A stretch of 64,000 nucleotides of DNA from Actinomycetes bacterium. GTDB lineage: Bacteria > Actinomycetota > UBA4738 > HRBIN12. The number at the start of each line of letters is the position of its first letter. The first letter of the stretch is position 1. The translations under genes were made by a program, and so were the position numbers. Below are positions 48,424 through 57,835 of this stretch, piece after piece. The notes beneath the pieces are model-generated. The model worked only from the letters and a program-made list of their open reading frames with translations. It was not told the origin of the DNA and searched no databases. The stretch is taken from positions 61,855 through 125,854 of the forward strand of contig JAJNBA010000005.1 in assembly GCA_021155985.1 (NCBI GenBank). The letters are read 5' to 3'.

Positions 48424-50763
48424 ATGGCGATCTCGTCCGGCCGCCGCAGCCTGACCGTCCCCGGCCTGCTGCCCGAGGACCCGTACCTGGAGCGGTACTG
48501 GGTGCGGCCGGGAGGTGCCACGGTGCTCGCTCTCGAGGGCGACGACCGGCTGACGATCCGAGATCCCGACGGCGGCCAGGCCGCCGAGGTCACGGCGCTC
48601 GCGCCGGACGGATCGGAGGACGCCGCCGCTCTCGGCGCGCGAGCCGACGCCCCCGCGACGGTGCTCCGCTCGCTGATCGGGTCCGGGGCCGACGGCGCGC
48701 GAGACGTGATCGACGCCCTGGCCGGCCACGGACTGGATCCCACGCATGCGACCGCCGTCCGGCTGTTCGGGCAGTGGTCGCCGGCCGGCTCGGTCCACTC
48801 GTTCACGGCCGAGCGGCCCGTAGTCGTGGTGATCGCGGCGCCCGAGGGCGCGTCCGTGCTCGAGGGGGGGGTACCGGCATCGGATCTCGATGTGGAGGTG
48901 CGCCGGACGCGCCCTCGGACCCACGACCAGCTCGAGCTTCCTCCCCCGCTCGCGGAACCCCGCCTGGACTTCCGGGTCGACCGGGCCACGGCGCTGTCCT
49001 ACGAGGTGAAGGCCGGGGAGTACATCCAGATCATCGACCTCCAGGGGAAGCAGTGCTCGGACTTCCTCGCGTTCCATCGACGGAAGCTCGAGGACGGGAT
49101 CGAGCGTGGGTTCGACCCGACGATCACCCGCACGCTGATGGGCAACGCGTTCCCCCAGCCGGGGCTGTACTCGAAGTTCTACGACCTCGACATGGACGTT
49201 CTGGTCGAGGTGATCCGGGACACGGTGGGACGGCACGACTCGTTCCTGCTGGCCTGCACGTCCCGGTACTACGAGAGCCTCGGGTACTTCGGCCACACGA
49301 ACTGCACCGACAACTTCAACGGACAGCTCGAGACGTACGCGATCGCGCCGCGGAAGGGTTGGCAGGCGCTCAACTTCTTCTACAACACGATGTTCGCGAC
49401 CGATCACCTCCTCGTCTTCGACGAGCCGTGGTCCCGGCCGGGCGACTACGTCTTGCTGCGTGCCGCCACGGACCTGGTCTGCGCCTCGAGCGCATGCCCC
49501 GACGACGTGGACCCGGCGAACGGATGGGACCCGACCGAGGTGCACGTGCGTGTCTACTCCCCGGAGCACACGTTCTCAGCCGCGATCGCGCACCGGGTGA
49601 CGCCCGACGCCGAACCGACCCTCACGACCGAGACCGGCTTCCACCCTCGGATCTCGGCACTCACGAGCCGGACCACGGAGTACAACGGCTACTGGCTGCC
49701 GACGAGCTTCGACAACCACGGGGCGACGGACGAGTACTGGGCATGCCGGGAGCGTGCCGCGATCATGGACCTCTCGCCGCTCCGGAAGTTCGAGGTGCTG
49801 GGACCGGACGCCGAGGCGTTGCTGCAGGCCACCGTGACGCGCGACGTCCGACGGCTCTCGGACGGCCACGTCGTCTACACGGCGATGTGCAACGAGGACG
49901 GCGGGATGATCGACGACGCGACGATCTTCCGGATCGCAGACACGAACTTCCGGTTCGTCGGCGGGGGCGAGTACGACGGCGTGTGGCTCAGGGAACAGGC
50001 GTCGCGGCTCGGCCTCAACGCCTTCGTGAAAGAATCCACCGACCACCTCCACAACGTGGCGGTCCAAGGTCCGGCGAGCCGGGCGCTCCTCGAGGAGATC
50101 GTCTGGACGCCCCCCGCGCAGACGCCGTTCGGCGCGCTCGAGTGGTTCCGGTTCTCCGTGGGCCGGGTCGGCGGTCCGACCGGCGTCCCCGCCGTGATCT
50201 CGCGGACCGGGTACACGGGTGAGCTCGGCTACGAGATCTTCTGCCACCCGAAGGACGCGCCGACGGTGTGGGACTCGATCTGGGCCGCCGGAGAGCCGCA
50301 CGGCCTCCTGCCGCTGGGCCTGGACGCGCTCGACATCCTCCGGATCGAGGCCGGGCTGATCTTCGCCGGATACGAGTTCGACGATCAGGTCGATCCGTTC
50401 GAGGCGGGCATCGGTTTCACGGTCACGAAGGCCAAGGACGAGGACTACGTCGGGCGCGAGGCGCTCCGCGAGCGTCGCGACCATCCGCAGCGGACCCTGG
50501 TCGGCCTCGACCTTGCGGGGAACGAGCCGGCCGGGCACGGCGACGGCGTGTACGTCGATCGTCAGCAGGTGGGAGTGGTCACCAGCGGAACCCGCTCGCC
50601 GATCCTGAAGAAGAACATCGCGCTCGCCCGTGTCGCGGTGCAGCACCGTGACCCTGGCGCCGCCCTCGAGGTGGGCAAGCTCGACGGGCACCAGAAGCGG
50701 ATCCCGGCGACGGTCGTACCGTTCCCCTTCTACGACCCCGAGAAGACGCGGCCTCGTTCCTGA
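48424..50763 (+). CDS. Fusion protein: N-terminal DUF1989-like (urea-carboxylase-associated family) region plus C-terminal aminomethyltransferase (GcvT-like, folate-binding) domain
   Basis: Real start ATG 48424 (MAISSGRRSLTV...), GAGG Shine-Dalgarno; the upstream 118 codons of the track ORF overlap the ACAD end and are noise. DUF1989-like blocks AGEYIQIIDLQGKQCSDF, CTSRYYESLGYFGHTNCTDNFN. GcvT blocks from ACRERAAIMDLSPLRKFEVLGPDA to GYTGELGYEIF. Confidence 0.75.
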   Translation: MAISSGRRSLTVPGLLPEDPYLERYWVRPGGATVLALEGDDRLTIRDPDGGQAAEVTALAPDGSEDAAALGARADAPATVLRSLIGSGADGARDVIDALAGHGLDPTHATAVRLFGQWSPAGSVHSFTAERPVVVVIAAPEGASVLEGGVPASDLDVEVRRTRPRTHDQLELPPPLAEPRLDFRVDRATALSYEVKAGEYIQIIDLQGKQCSDFLAFHRRKLEDGIERGFDPTITRTLMGNAFPQPGLYSKFYDLDMDVLVEVIRDTVGRHDSFLLACTSRYYESLGYFGHTNCTDNFNGQLETYAIAPRKGWQALNFFYNTMFATDHLLVFDEPWSRPGDYVLLRAATDLVCASSACPDDVDPANGWDPTEVHVRVYSPEHTFSAAIAHRVTPDAEPTLTTETGFHPRISALTSRTTEYNGYWLPTSFDNHGATDEYWACRERAAIMDLSPLRKFEVLGPDAEALLQATVTRDVRRLSDGHVVYTAMCNEDGGMIDDATIFRIADTNFRFVGGGEYDGVWLREQASRLGLNAFVKESTDHLHNVAVQGPASRALLEEIVWTPPAQTPFGALEWFRFSVGRVGGPTGVPAVISRTGYTGELGYEIFCHPKDAPTVWDSIWAAGEPHGLLPLGLDALDILRIEAGLIFAGYEFDDQVDPFEAGIGFTVTKAKDEDYVGREALRERRDHPQRTLVGLDLAGNEPAGHGDGVYVDRQQVGVVTSGTRSPILKKNIALARVAVQHRDPGAALEVGKLDGHQKRIPATVVPFPFYDPEKTRPRS

Positions 50764-50765
50764 CG

Positions 50766-51644
50766 ATGGGCGGCCTGATCGAGTCCTTCACGCAGGAGCA
50801 GGTCGAGGCGTTCCACCAGGACGGCTTCCTGATCGTCGAGGAAGGGCTGGTCTCCGAGAAGGCTCTCGAACTCCTCGAGGAACGCTACCTCCGCCTCTTC
50901 GACGGCGAGTACGAGACCGGGATCAAGCCGGACGAGGTCAATTGGGTCAAGGGCAGGGATCCCGAGGATCGCACCCGGCAGCTCTGCAACGCCTGGCGCG
51001 CCGACACCGTGATCGCGGCCCAGGTCCTGTCGGCGAGGATCGGCCGCCTCGCGGCCCAGCTGATGGGCTATCCGGGCGTGCGGATCCTCCAGGACAACGT
51101 GCTCTGGAAGCCGCCCGGCACCAAGGCGATCGGCTTCCACCAGGACGGATCCTACGCCGACTACCTGGTACCCCCGGAGATGGTGACGTGCTGGATGTCG
51201 CTGCACGAGACCCAGGCGGACGCCGGGCCGATCGCCTACGTGCGTGGGTCGAACCACTGGCCGTGGACACCGCCGGAGCGGTCGCAGTTCCATGCGCCCG
51301 ATGACTGGCTCGCCGGCGTCCGGGACGCGAAGCCCGCGGACGCGGAGATGGACATCATGCCGGTCGTCGTGAAACCGGGCGGCGGCGCGTTCCACCACAA
51401 CCTCACGTGGCACGGCTCCGAGCCGAACACGAGCGGCACCGTTGCGCGGATGGCCTTGGTCTCCCACATGCTCCCTACCACCGCGCGGTTCCACCACCGC
51501 AACGTCGACCTGATCTACTCGCGCTATCGGCGCCGGGGCGACACCGCGATGGACGAGTCGTTCTTCCCCGTGCTCTGGGACGAGACGGGCCATCGGACGA
51601 CATGGCTCGAGGAGCTCCCCGAGATCGAGGAAGCGATCGAGTAG
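50766..51644 (+). CDS. Phytanoyl-CoA dioxygenase (PhyH) family Fe(II)/2-oxoglutarate oxygenase
   Basis: 292 aa. HxD...H facial triad candidates (GFHQDGSY, WHGSEPN). Starts 3 nt after the previous stop. Confidence 0.8.
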   Translation: MGGLIESFTQEQVEAFHQDGFLIVEEGLVSEKALELLEERYLRLFDGEYETGIKPDEVNWVKGRDPEDRTRQLCNAWRADTVIAAQVLSARIGRLAAQLMGYPGVRILQDNVLWKPPGTKAIGFHQDGSYADYLVPPEMVTCWMSLHETQADAGPIAYVRGSNHWPWTPPERSQFHAPDDWLAGVRDAKPADAEMDIMPVVVKPGGGAFHHNLTWHGSEPNTSGTVARMALVSHMLPTTARFHHRNVDLIYSRYRRRGDTAMDESFFPVLWDETGHRTTWLEELPEIEEAIE

Positions 51645-51650
51645 CGAGGA

Positions 51651-51669
51651 GGGACGAGTCAGTCGTCCC
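51651..51669. terminator. Bidirectional terminator-like hairpin between convergent genes
   Basis: GGGACGA-GUCAG-UCGUCCC, a perfect 7-bp stem lying between the PhyH stop (51644) and the stop of the minus-strand gene (51659..51661). Confidence 0.35.
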
Positions 51670-52639
51670 GGAGCCGTCCGGCGAGCACCTCCAGCATCGC
51701 CCACGCCGCTCGAGGCTCGCGCTCGACCGTGCTCCGCACGAGGTCGCGCGAGATCGCGAGGGCCCGCAACGGCGACACCGCCACGACGTCGGCACTCCGC
51801 GGTCGCCCGTCGATCACCGCGATCTCCCCGAAGAACTCGCCCTCCCCGAAGGTCGACAGCGCGTTCCCCTCCCGTTCCACGCGAGCTTCGCCTTCGATGA
51901 TCACGAAGAGCTCATCTCCCGGTTCGCCCTCCCGCACGACGAACTCCCCCGGCTCGAACGTTCGCTCGACCCCCTCCGCCGTGATCACGGCCAGGATCTC
52001 CGGGGGGAGCGACGAGAACACGGGGGCGCGCTCGAGGAGGTGCCGGTACCGCCCGCCCTGGAACAGCAGAGGCCGTCCTTCCCCGTACCTCGCGTACTCG
52101 ACCTGTCCCACGAACAAGGAGTGATCGCCACCCCAGTTAGACCGCACCACCTTGGCCACCAGATGGGCGAGCGCCCCGCGCACGAGGGGCGTGTCATGGA
52201 CCAGGTCGAATCCGACCTCTTCCGTCCCCTCGGTCGCGCGGCCCGCGAAGCGATCGGAGAGGGACCGCTGCTCATCCGCGAGCACGCTGATCCCGTACCG
52301 GCGACCCTCGTGGAGGAGAGCGTGCATCTTCGCCCGGCGGTCCACCGAGATCACCACGAGCGGCGGCCGGAGCGACACCGACATGAAGGCGTTCGCCGTC
52401 ATGCCGTGCACCTGCTCACCGTCTTGCGTGGTGATCACGGTCACTCCGGTCGCGAACATCCCCAGCGTGCGGCGGAAGGCGGCCGCCGGGTCCTGTCCCG
52501 GCTCGCCCGCGATCTCGAGCTCGTCGGCGTCCGGGGTGTCATCCGGGAACGTCTCCCCGATCCCCACCGGGGCGAACCCACCGTGGACCGGCAGGTCGAA
52601 CTCGACCGGACGCGCCGAGGAGGCGGGGCGCTCGGCCAC
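51659..52639 (-). CDS. Flavin reductase (HpaC/NADH:FMN oxidoreductase-like) fused to a C-terminal cyclic-nucleotide-binding domain
   Basis: GTG 52639 directly follows the upstream stop (alternative ATG 52459). Flavin reductase core AAFRRTLGMFATGVTVITT. cNMP-binding FEPGEFVVREGEPGDELFVIIEGEARV...FGEIAVIDGRPRSADVVAV. Confidence 0.7.
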   Translation of the reverse strand: MAERPASSARPVEFDLPVHGGFAPVGIGETFPDDTPDADELEIAGEPGQDPAAAFRRTLGMFATGVTVITTQDGEQVHGMTANAFMSVSLRPPLVVISVDRRAKMHALLHEGRRYGISVLADEQRSLSDRFAGRATEGTEEVGFDLVHDTPLVRGALAHLVAKVVRSNWGGDHSLFVGQVEYARYGEGRPLLFQGGRYRHLLERAPVFSSLPPEILAVITAEGVERTFEPGEFVVREGEPGDELFVIIEGEARVEREGNALSTFGEGEFFGEIAVIDGRPRSADVVAVSPLRALAISRDLVRSTVEREPRAAWAMLEVLAGRLRDD

Positions 52640-52641
52640 GC

Positions 52642-53988
52642 CTAGCTCCAGGGGTACGGAGAGTGACTGACGGGGTGCAGCTTCCCTTCGGCGAAGCGGG
52701 AGAAACGGAACGGCTCGAGGAGACCCTGCGGCTCGCCGAGGAGCTCCTTCGCGACGAGCTGCCCGATCCCGATCATCTTGTAGCCGTGGTTCGAATCGGC
52801 GACCACGTAGGCGTTGTCCACGAAGCGGTCGAAGACGGGGAAGCTGTCGGGCGTGAACGCGCCGATCCCCCCGGTGGGCGCCTTCCGGTACAGCCCGCGC
52901 TTCCCCTCGAACCGCTTGTGACAGTGCGCGAGCGCCGCCGTCCACATACGTTCGAACTCCGGCGTCACGACGAACTCCGTGCTCAGGTGGCCGTAGGGAT
53001 CGACGGCCACGTCGTCGGCGGGCTGGTCCACGACCCACGGCATCGCGCCGCCCTGGACGCCACCGAAGTTGACGTCGGGCTTGTAGTAGATGCCCCAGAG
53101 CTCCTCGGTCACGATGGAGCCGTCCATGTCGTCGATCAGCGGCGCGTCCGTGTCCACGTGCACGACCGGCGGCATGTTGCCCTCGTTGTCCAGCAGGTAG
53201 CTCGGGTCGACGCCGAGCGTGCCCTCCTGGAGGCACCAGTACGTCCACATCGGCCGCTCGTAGACGTTCCCGTCGCGCCCCTTCACGTCCACCACGCCGG
53301 GCAGGTCGAGCATGCGCCAGAAGTCGCGGACCCAGGGGCCGGCCGCGACCACGACCTGCTCGCAGGCGATCGCGCCTCGGTCCGTCTCGACCGCGGCGAC
53401 CGCTCCCCCGCCGACCCGGAACCCGGTCACCGACACCGGTGCGTGGAGGATGACACCGAGCCCCTCGCTCTTGGCGCGCAGGCCCCGCATCGAGGGCATG
53501 TTCTCCGCGTAGCCACCCTTCTTCTCGTGCAGGACCGCCGTGATCTTCTTCGCCTGCCAGTCCGAGAAGATCGACTCCATGTACGAGCGGCAATCGTCCT
53601 CGCCCTCGATCAGCTCCGACGTGTAGCCGATGGCCTGCTGCTGCTCGTAGATCGTCCGGACGTCGGACCGCATCACCTCTGGCGCGATCTGGAGGTAGCC
53701 GATCGGGTGGTAGTGGAAGGCTTCCGGGTCCGATTCCCAGACCTGCACCGAGTGGGCCATCAGCTCCCGCATCGCCGGCTGGAAGTAGTTGTTACGGATC
53801 ACACCGCACGCGATCCCGGACGGTCCCGCCCCGATCCCGGTCTTGTCGAGGATCACGATGTCGCCCCCGTCACCCTCGCCGCGGCGTTCGAGCTCCTTCG
53901 CGAGATGCCAGGCCGTGGAGAGGCCGTGGATGCCGGCACCGATCACGACGAACCGCGCGCTCCCGGGGAGCTCCACCGTGCGGACCAC
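52642..53988 (-). CDS. FAD-dependent oxidoreductase (DAO family; PuuB / sarcosine-oxidase-beta-like)
   Basis: 448 aa. FVVIGAGIHGLSTAWHLA dinucleotide-binding motif and DAO-family C-terminus. Confidence 0.8.
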   Translation of the reverse strand: MVRTVELPGSARFVVIGAGIHGLSTAWHLAKELERRGEGDGGDIVILDKTGIGAGPSGIACGVIRNNYFQPAMRELMAHSVQVWESDPEAFHYHPIGYLQIAPEVMRSDVRTIYEQQQAIGYTSELIEGEDDCRSYMESIFSDWQAKKITAVLHEKKGGYAENMPSMRGLRAKSEGLGVILHAPVSVTGFRVGGGAVAAVETDRGAIACEQVVVAAGPWVRDFWRMLDLPGVVDVKGRDGNVYERPMWTYWCLQEGTLGVDPSYLLDNEGNMPPVVHVDTDAPLIDDMDGSIVTEELWGIYYKPDVNFGGVQGGAMPWVVDQPADDVAVDPYGHLSTEFVVTPEFERMWTAALAHCHKRFEGKRGLYRKAPTGGIGAFTPDSFPVFDRFVDNAYVVADSNHGYKMIGIGQLVAKELLGEPQGLLEPFRFSRFAEGKLHPVSHSPYPWS

Positions 53989-54012
53989 CTTTCGTGTCGG
54001 ATCGGGCCGATT

Positions 54013-55125
54013 CTAGGGTCTCGCGGTACACACGCAGAACAACGTTCCCTGCGGGTCGGACATCGTCGTCCAGCGGCTGCCGCCGTCCGCCGTCTCGTCG
54101 ATCGTCCACTCCACCGTCGCGCCGAGTCCTCGAAGCCGAGTCACCTCCGCGTCGACGTCGTCGACCCGGAGATCGAGGTGGACGGGGTTCTTCCCGGGCC
54201 CGATCGCGTCCACCTGCTGGATCACCACGGCGGGTCGCGCGTCCCCCGCCGGAGGGACGAGCACGACGAAGGGGCCGCGCGCCGAGCGTCGCTCGTAGCC
54301 CAGCGCCGCCTGCCAGAACGCCACCGCGCCGGCGGAGTCCGTCGCGTCGATCGTGACCTCGATCGACGCCGTCAGGGGACCCCGACCTCCTCCCTCCCAG
54401 ATCCCCAGCGTCCGGTCGTCGTCCTGCCACTCCTCATGGAGCTCCCACTGGACACCGAGGACGAACGAGGAGGATCCGGGCATCTCCACGGCTTCGATCG
54501 TTCCATGAGGCGCCCAGGCAACGGCCTCCAAGCCCGTCCCCAGATCCTTGACCGCCTGATGGTGGTAGCTGTCGACCTCCGCATGCTCGCCCAGGTGCGA
54601 CGCGAGCAGGGAGCCGGGCTTCACATCGACCGGATGCGTGGGATGTGGCGGCCGGGGCGCTCCTTCGAGCGTCGCCGTCACCAGCGCTCGCCATTCGCCC
54701 CACTTCGCCCCCGGATGGTCCGCCCCGCCCCGTGGGAACTCCTCCAGGTCCCCGTAGAGCGTTCCGCCCAGGGCGACGTTCAGGACCTGGCATCCGCGGC
54801 ACACGCCGAGGACGGGCACCTCTTCCTCTACCGCGAGCAGCGCGTACGACAGGTCGATCTCGTCGAGGAACGGCTGCCCGGGGAGGTGCTTCGGATGTGG
54901 CTCTTCTCGGCCGTACCGCCACGCCTCGATGTCGCGCCCGCCGGCCAGGACCAACCCGTCGATCCGCTCGATCAGCTCGACCCGATCCTCCTCGCGTTCG
55001 TAGAACGGCAGGAGGACGGGGAGGGCGCCCGCTGCGAGGAGCGGGCGCCCGTACCCGTAGCCGTAGTAGTCGCCGTAGTCGGCGAAGCCTTCCGAGATCG
55101 CGACCAGCGGGCGCCGATCCGTCAT
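54013..55125 (-). CDS. Gamma-glutamyl-amine hydrolase-like class-I glutamine amidotransferase (peptidase C26, PuuD-like) with C-terminal VOC/glyoxalase domain
   Basis: 370 aa. C26 triad context GVCRGCQ, SYHHQAV, GVQWELHEE. C-terminal ~120 aa glyoxalase-like domain. Confidence 0.75.
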   Translation of the reverse strand: MTDRRPLVAISEGFADYGDYYGYGYGRPLLAAGALPVLLPFYEREEDRVELIERIDGLVLAGGRDIEAWRYGREEPHPKHLPGQPFLDEIDLSYALLAVEEEVPVLGVCRGCQVLNVALGGTLYGDLEEFPRGGADHPGAKWGEWRALVTATLEGAPRPPHPTHPVDVKPGSLLASHLGEHAEVDSYHHQAVKDLGTGLEAVAWAPHGTIEAVEMPGSSSFVLGVQWELHEEWQDDDRTLGIWEGGGRGPLTASIEVTIDATDSAGAVAFWQAALGYERRSARGPFVVLVPPAGDARPAVVIQQVDAIGPGKNPVHLDLRVDDVDAEVTRLRGLGATVEWTIDETADGGSRWTTMSDPQGTLFCVCTARP

Positions 55126-55147
55126 GGATCCGACCTCGGCACCCTCG

Positions 55148-55582
55148 TCAGTGGCCGGCGGGACGTTCCCAGCCTTCCAGCACCGGCGGCGTCCAGTCCG
55201 TTCCCACCGTCTCGGATCCCTCGACCCACGGTCCGAGCTCGGGTTGCGGGAACTTCGCGTGCTTCGCCTTCAGCTGGATCCCGTAGGAGTTGCCCTCGAT
55301 CAGGTGCTTCATCAGGACCTTGCGGGCGATCTCGTCCTCGCGCCCGCCGGGGATGTCGAAGTAGATCTTCAGGAACGAGTTCGAGTAGCGATCGAACACC
55401 GCGGCCACGCCGTCCTCCTGCAGCAGCGTGACGTCTTCGAGCCAGTTCAGGTCCTGGCCCGGTGTGAGCGTGTCCAGATCCACGTCCTCCACGAGGGAGA
55501 TGTCCTCCTGGTACGGGAACCGTCGGCCGGCGAGCTCCTCGGCGTCGATCCCGATCTTCGTCGAGAGGTGCGGCTCGTTCAT
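55148..55582 (-). CDS. Hypothetical protein (144 aa) embedded in the glutamate-synthase-like cluster
   Basis: ATG 55582 with GAAGGGA Shine-Dalgarno (MNEPHLSTKIGIDAEEL...). The upstream part of track ORF 55148..56809 is antisense noise. No family recognised. Confidence 0.5.
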   Translation of the reverse strand: MNEPHLSTKIGIDAEELAGRRFPYQEDISLVEDVDLDTLTPGQDLNWLEDVTLLQEDGVAAVFDRYSNSFLKIYFDIPGGREDEIARKVLMKHLIEGNSYGIQLKAKHAKFPQPELGPWVEGSETVGTDWTPPVLEGWERPAGH

Positions 55583-55611
55583 GACGTCCCTTCTGACCCT
55601 GATCGGTGGTT

Positions 55612-57015
55612 TCAGCCGGGGAACTGCCCGGTATCGGCGAGGTACTTCTGCATCATCGTCTTGATGTCCTCGAGCGTCTCCTTGTCCGTGACGCCGGGGA
55701 TGTAGTCGGTACCGGCGAGCGGCACCTTCGCCATCGCGGCCGCCTCCACGGTGAGCGCGCAGAGGTCTTCCGGCTCCAGCGAGTGGACGTCGGTCTTGCC
55801 GCAGGCGCGGGCGAGCATCTGGAGCTCCATCGTCATCGCCGTCAGGAAGTTGTAGACGCGTTCGGCTGCCGAGTCGACCTCGAGCCGCTTGCGCAGCTCC
55901 GGATCCTGCGTCGTGATCCCGACCGGGCACCGGCCGGTGTGGCAGTGGTAGCACTGACCGGCCGGCACGCCGACGGTGCCCTCGTAATCGGTGACCCCGG
56001 GGATCTCCTTGTTGCAGTTCAGGGCCATCAGCGCCGAGTGTCCGATCGCGACCGCCGTCGCGCCGAGGGCCAGGCACTTCGCGACGTCCGCGCCGTTGCG
56101 GATCCCGCCGGCCACGACCAGGTCCACCTCGTCCACCAGGCCGACATCCTCGAGGGCGCGACGAGCCTCGGGGATCGCGGCCATCAGCGGGATGCCGGTC
56201 TCCTCGGCGGCGATGTGGGGGCCGGCCCCCGTCGAGCCCTCGGCCCCGTCGAGGTAGATGATGTCCGGGCCGCACTTCGCGGCCATCCGCACGTCGTCGT
56301 AGACGCGGGCCGCGCCCAGCTTCAGCTGGATCGGGATCCGGTAGTCGGTCGCCTCGCGAACCTCCTGGACCTTCAGCGAGAGGTCGTCGGGCCCGAGCCA
56401 GTCCGGATGCCGGGCGGGCGAGCGCTGATCGATCCCGGCGGGGAGCGATCGCATCTCGGCCACCTGCTCGGTGACCTTCTGGCCCATCAGGTGGCCGCCG
56501 AGCCCGACCTTGCACCCCTGACCGATGAAGAACTCGCACGCGTCGGCCAGCATCAAGTGGTGCGGGTTGAACCCGTACCGCGACTGGATGTTCTGGTAGT
56601 ACCACTTCGTCGAGAGGTCCCGCTCGGGCGGGATCATCCCGCCTTCCCCCGAGCAGGTGGCCGTGCCGGCCATCGAGGCGCCCTTCGCGAGCGCCATCTT
56701 GGCCTCGAGCGACAGCGCGCCGAACGACATCCCCGTGATGTAGATCGGGATGTCGAGCTCGATCGGGTGCGTCGCGAAGCGGGCGCCGAGGACCGTCCTC
56801 GTGTCGCACTTCTCGCGGTAGCCCTCGATCACGAAGCGGGTCAGGGTGCCGGGCAGGAACATCAGCTGGTCCCAGCCGGGCATCGGCTTGAACATCGAGA
56901 ACCCGCGCATCCGGTAGCGACCGAGCTCCGACTTCACGTGGATGTCGTTGATGACCTCCTCCGTGAAGATGGGGCTCCGCCCCAGGACCTCCTTGCGGGA
57001 GGACACCTCCGCCAT
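55612..57015 (-). CDS. mgsC: Glutamate synthase-family FMN-binding domain protein (GltB domain-2-like; N-methylglutamate synthase subunit C-like)
   Basis: 467 aa. TIM-barrel FMN domain motifs (PIYITGMSFGALS, GEGG, LDGAEGSTGAGP, CHTGRCPVGI). Confidence 0.85.
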   Translation of the reverse strand: MAEVSSRKEVLGRSPIFTEEVINDIHVKSELGRYRMRGFSMFKPMPGWDQLMFLPGTLTRFVIEGYREKCDTRTVLGARFATHPIELDIPIYITGMSFGALSLEAKMALAKGASMAGTATCSGEGGMIPPERDLSTKWYYQNIQSRYGFNPHHLMLADACEFFIGQGCKVGLGGHLMGQKVTEQVAEMRSLPAGIDQRSPARHPDWLGPDDLSLKVQEVREATDYRIPIQLKLGAARVYDDVRMAAKCGPDIIYLDGAEGSTGAGPHIAAEETGIPLMAAIPEARRALEDVGLVDEVDLVVAGGIRNGADVAKCLALGATAVAIGHSALMALNCNKEIPGVTDYEGTVGVPAGQCYHCHTGRCPVGITTQDPELRKRLEVDSAAERVYNFLTAMTMELQMLARACGKTDVHSLEPEDLCALTVEAAAMAKVPLAGTDYIPGVTDKETLEDIKTMMQKYLADTGQFPG

Positions 57016-57043
57016 ATCGTCTCCTTCGGTCTCCGCCGGCGGC

Positions 57044-57835
57044 TCAGATGACGAGCTTCTTCTCGCTCGGCTCGAGGTTGTCGTAGTTGTAGAGCATCTT
57101 GCCGCACACGAACTTCTGGAACGCGGGTGGGGTCCCGAGGCCGTAGATCCGGAACTTGCGCTCGATCAGCTCGGTGTCGGCGTCGGTCCACTCCCCCTCG
57201 ACGCAGTCGATGCCGAGGGATTTCACCGATCCGGCGACGTAGATCTGGCCGTCGTACATCGAGTCGCCGAGGCCGGGGCCGACGTCGCCGAGGATGATCT
57301 GGCGGCCGCGCTGCATCATGAACGCGGTCATCGTGCCGGCGTCGCCGCCGACGATGATCGTGCCGCCCTTCTGGTCGATCCCGGTTCGGGCCCCGACGCT
57401 CCCGTGCACGACGAGGTCACCGCCGCGCATCGCCGCGCCCGTGAGGGACCCGGCGTTCTTCTCGATCACCACGACGCCGGACATCATGTTCTCGCACACC
57501 GACCAGCCGACCCGTCCGGTGACGGTGATCTCCGGGCCGTCGATCAGCCCGAGCCCGAAGTAGCCCAGGGAGCCTTCGTACCGGATCCGGCAACGCTGCA
57601 GGATCCCGACGCCGATCGAGTGCTTCGCGCCCGGGTTCCGCACGGTGACGTCGAGGATCCTCAGCTCGTAGAGCAGCCACCGGAGCTCCAGGTTGATCTG
57701 GCGGGTCGTCAGCTCCGTCGCGTCGAAGCTCGCCGCGGCCCCGTCGATGTCGGAGACCTTGGGGACCTCCGCGTGCGGCTCGGCGAGGCCGCGCGCGTCG
57801 TACGTGGTGCGCCGGGCCCCGCTCATCGTGTCCAC
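57044..57835 (-). CDS. mgsB: Glutamate synthase GXGXG-domain protein (GltB domain-3-like; MgsB-like)
   Basis: 263 aa. Beta-helix GXGXG repeats (GSLGYFGLGLIDG, GRVGWSVCENMMSG, GSVGARTG). 13-nt overlap with the mgsA-like gene. Confidence 0.8.
   Translation of the reverse strand: MDTMSGARRTTYDARGLAEPHAEVPKVSDIDGAAASFDATELTTRQINLELRWLLYELRILDVTVRNPGAKHSIGVGILQRCRIRYEGSLGYFGLGLIDGPEITVTGRVGWSVCENMMSGVVVIEKNAGSLTGAAMRGGDLVVHGSVGARTGIDQKGGTIIVGGDAGTMTAFMMQRGRQIILGDVGPGLGDSMYDGQIYVAGSVKSLGIDCVEGEWTDADTELIERKFRIYGLGTPPAFQKFVCGKMLYNYDNLEPSEKKLVI

Noticed and set aside
52663-55431. 922-aa plus-strand ORF across the FAD oxidase and PuuD-like genes.
   Set aside because: Antisense shadow; the longest ORF in the track but with no protein-like segments.
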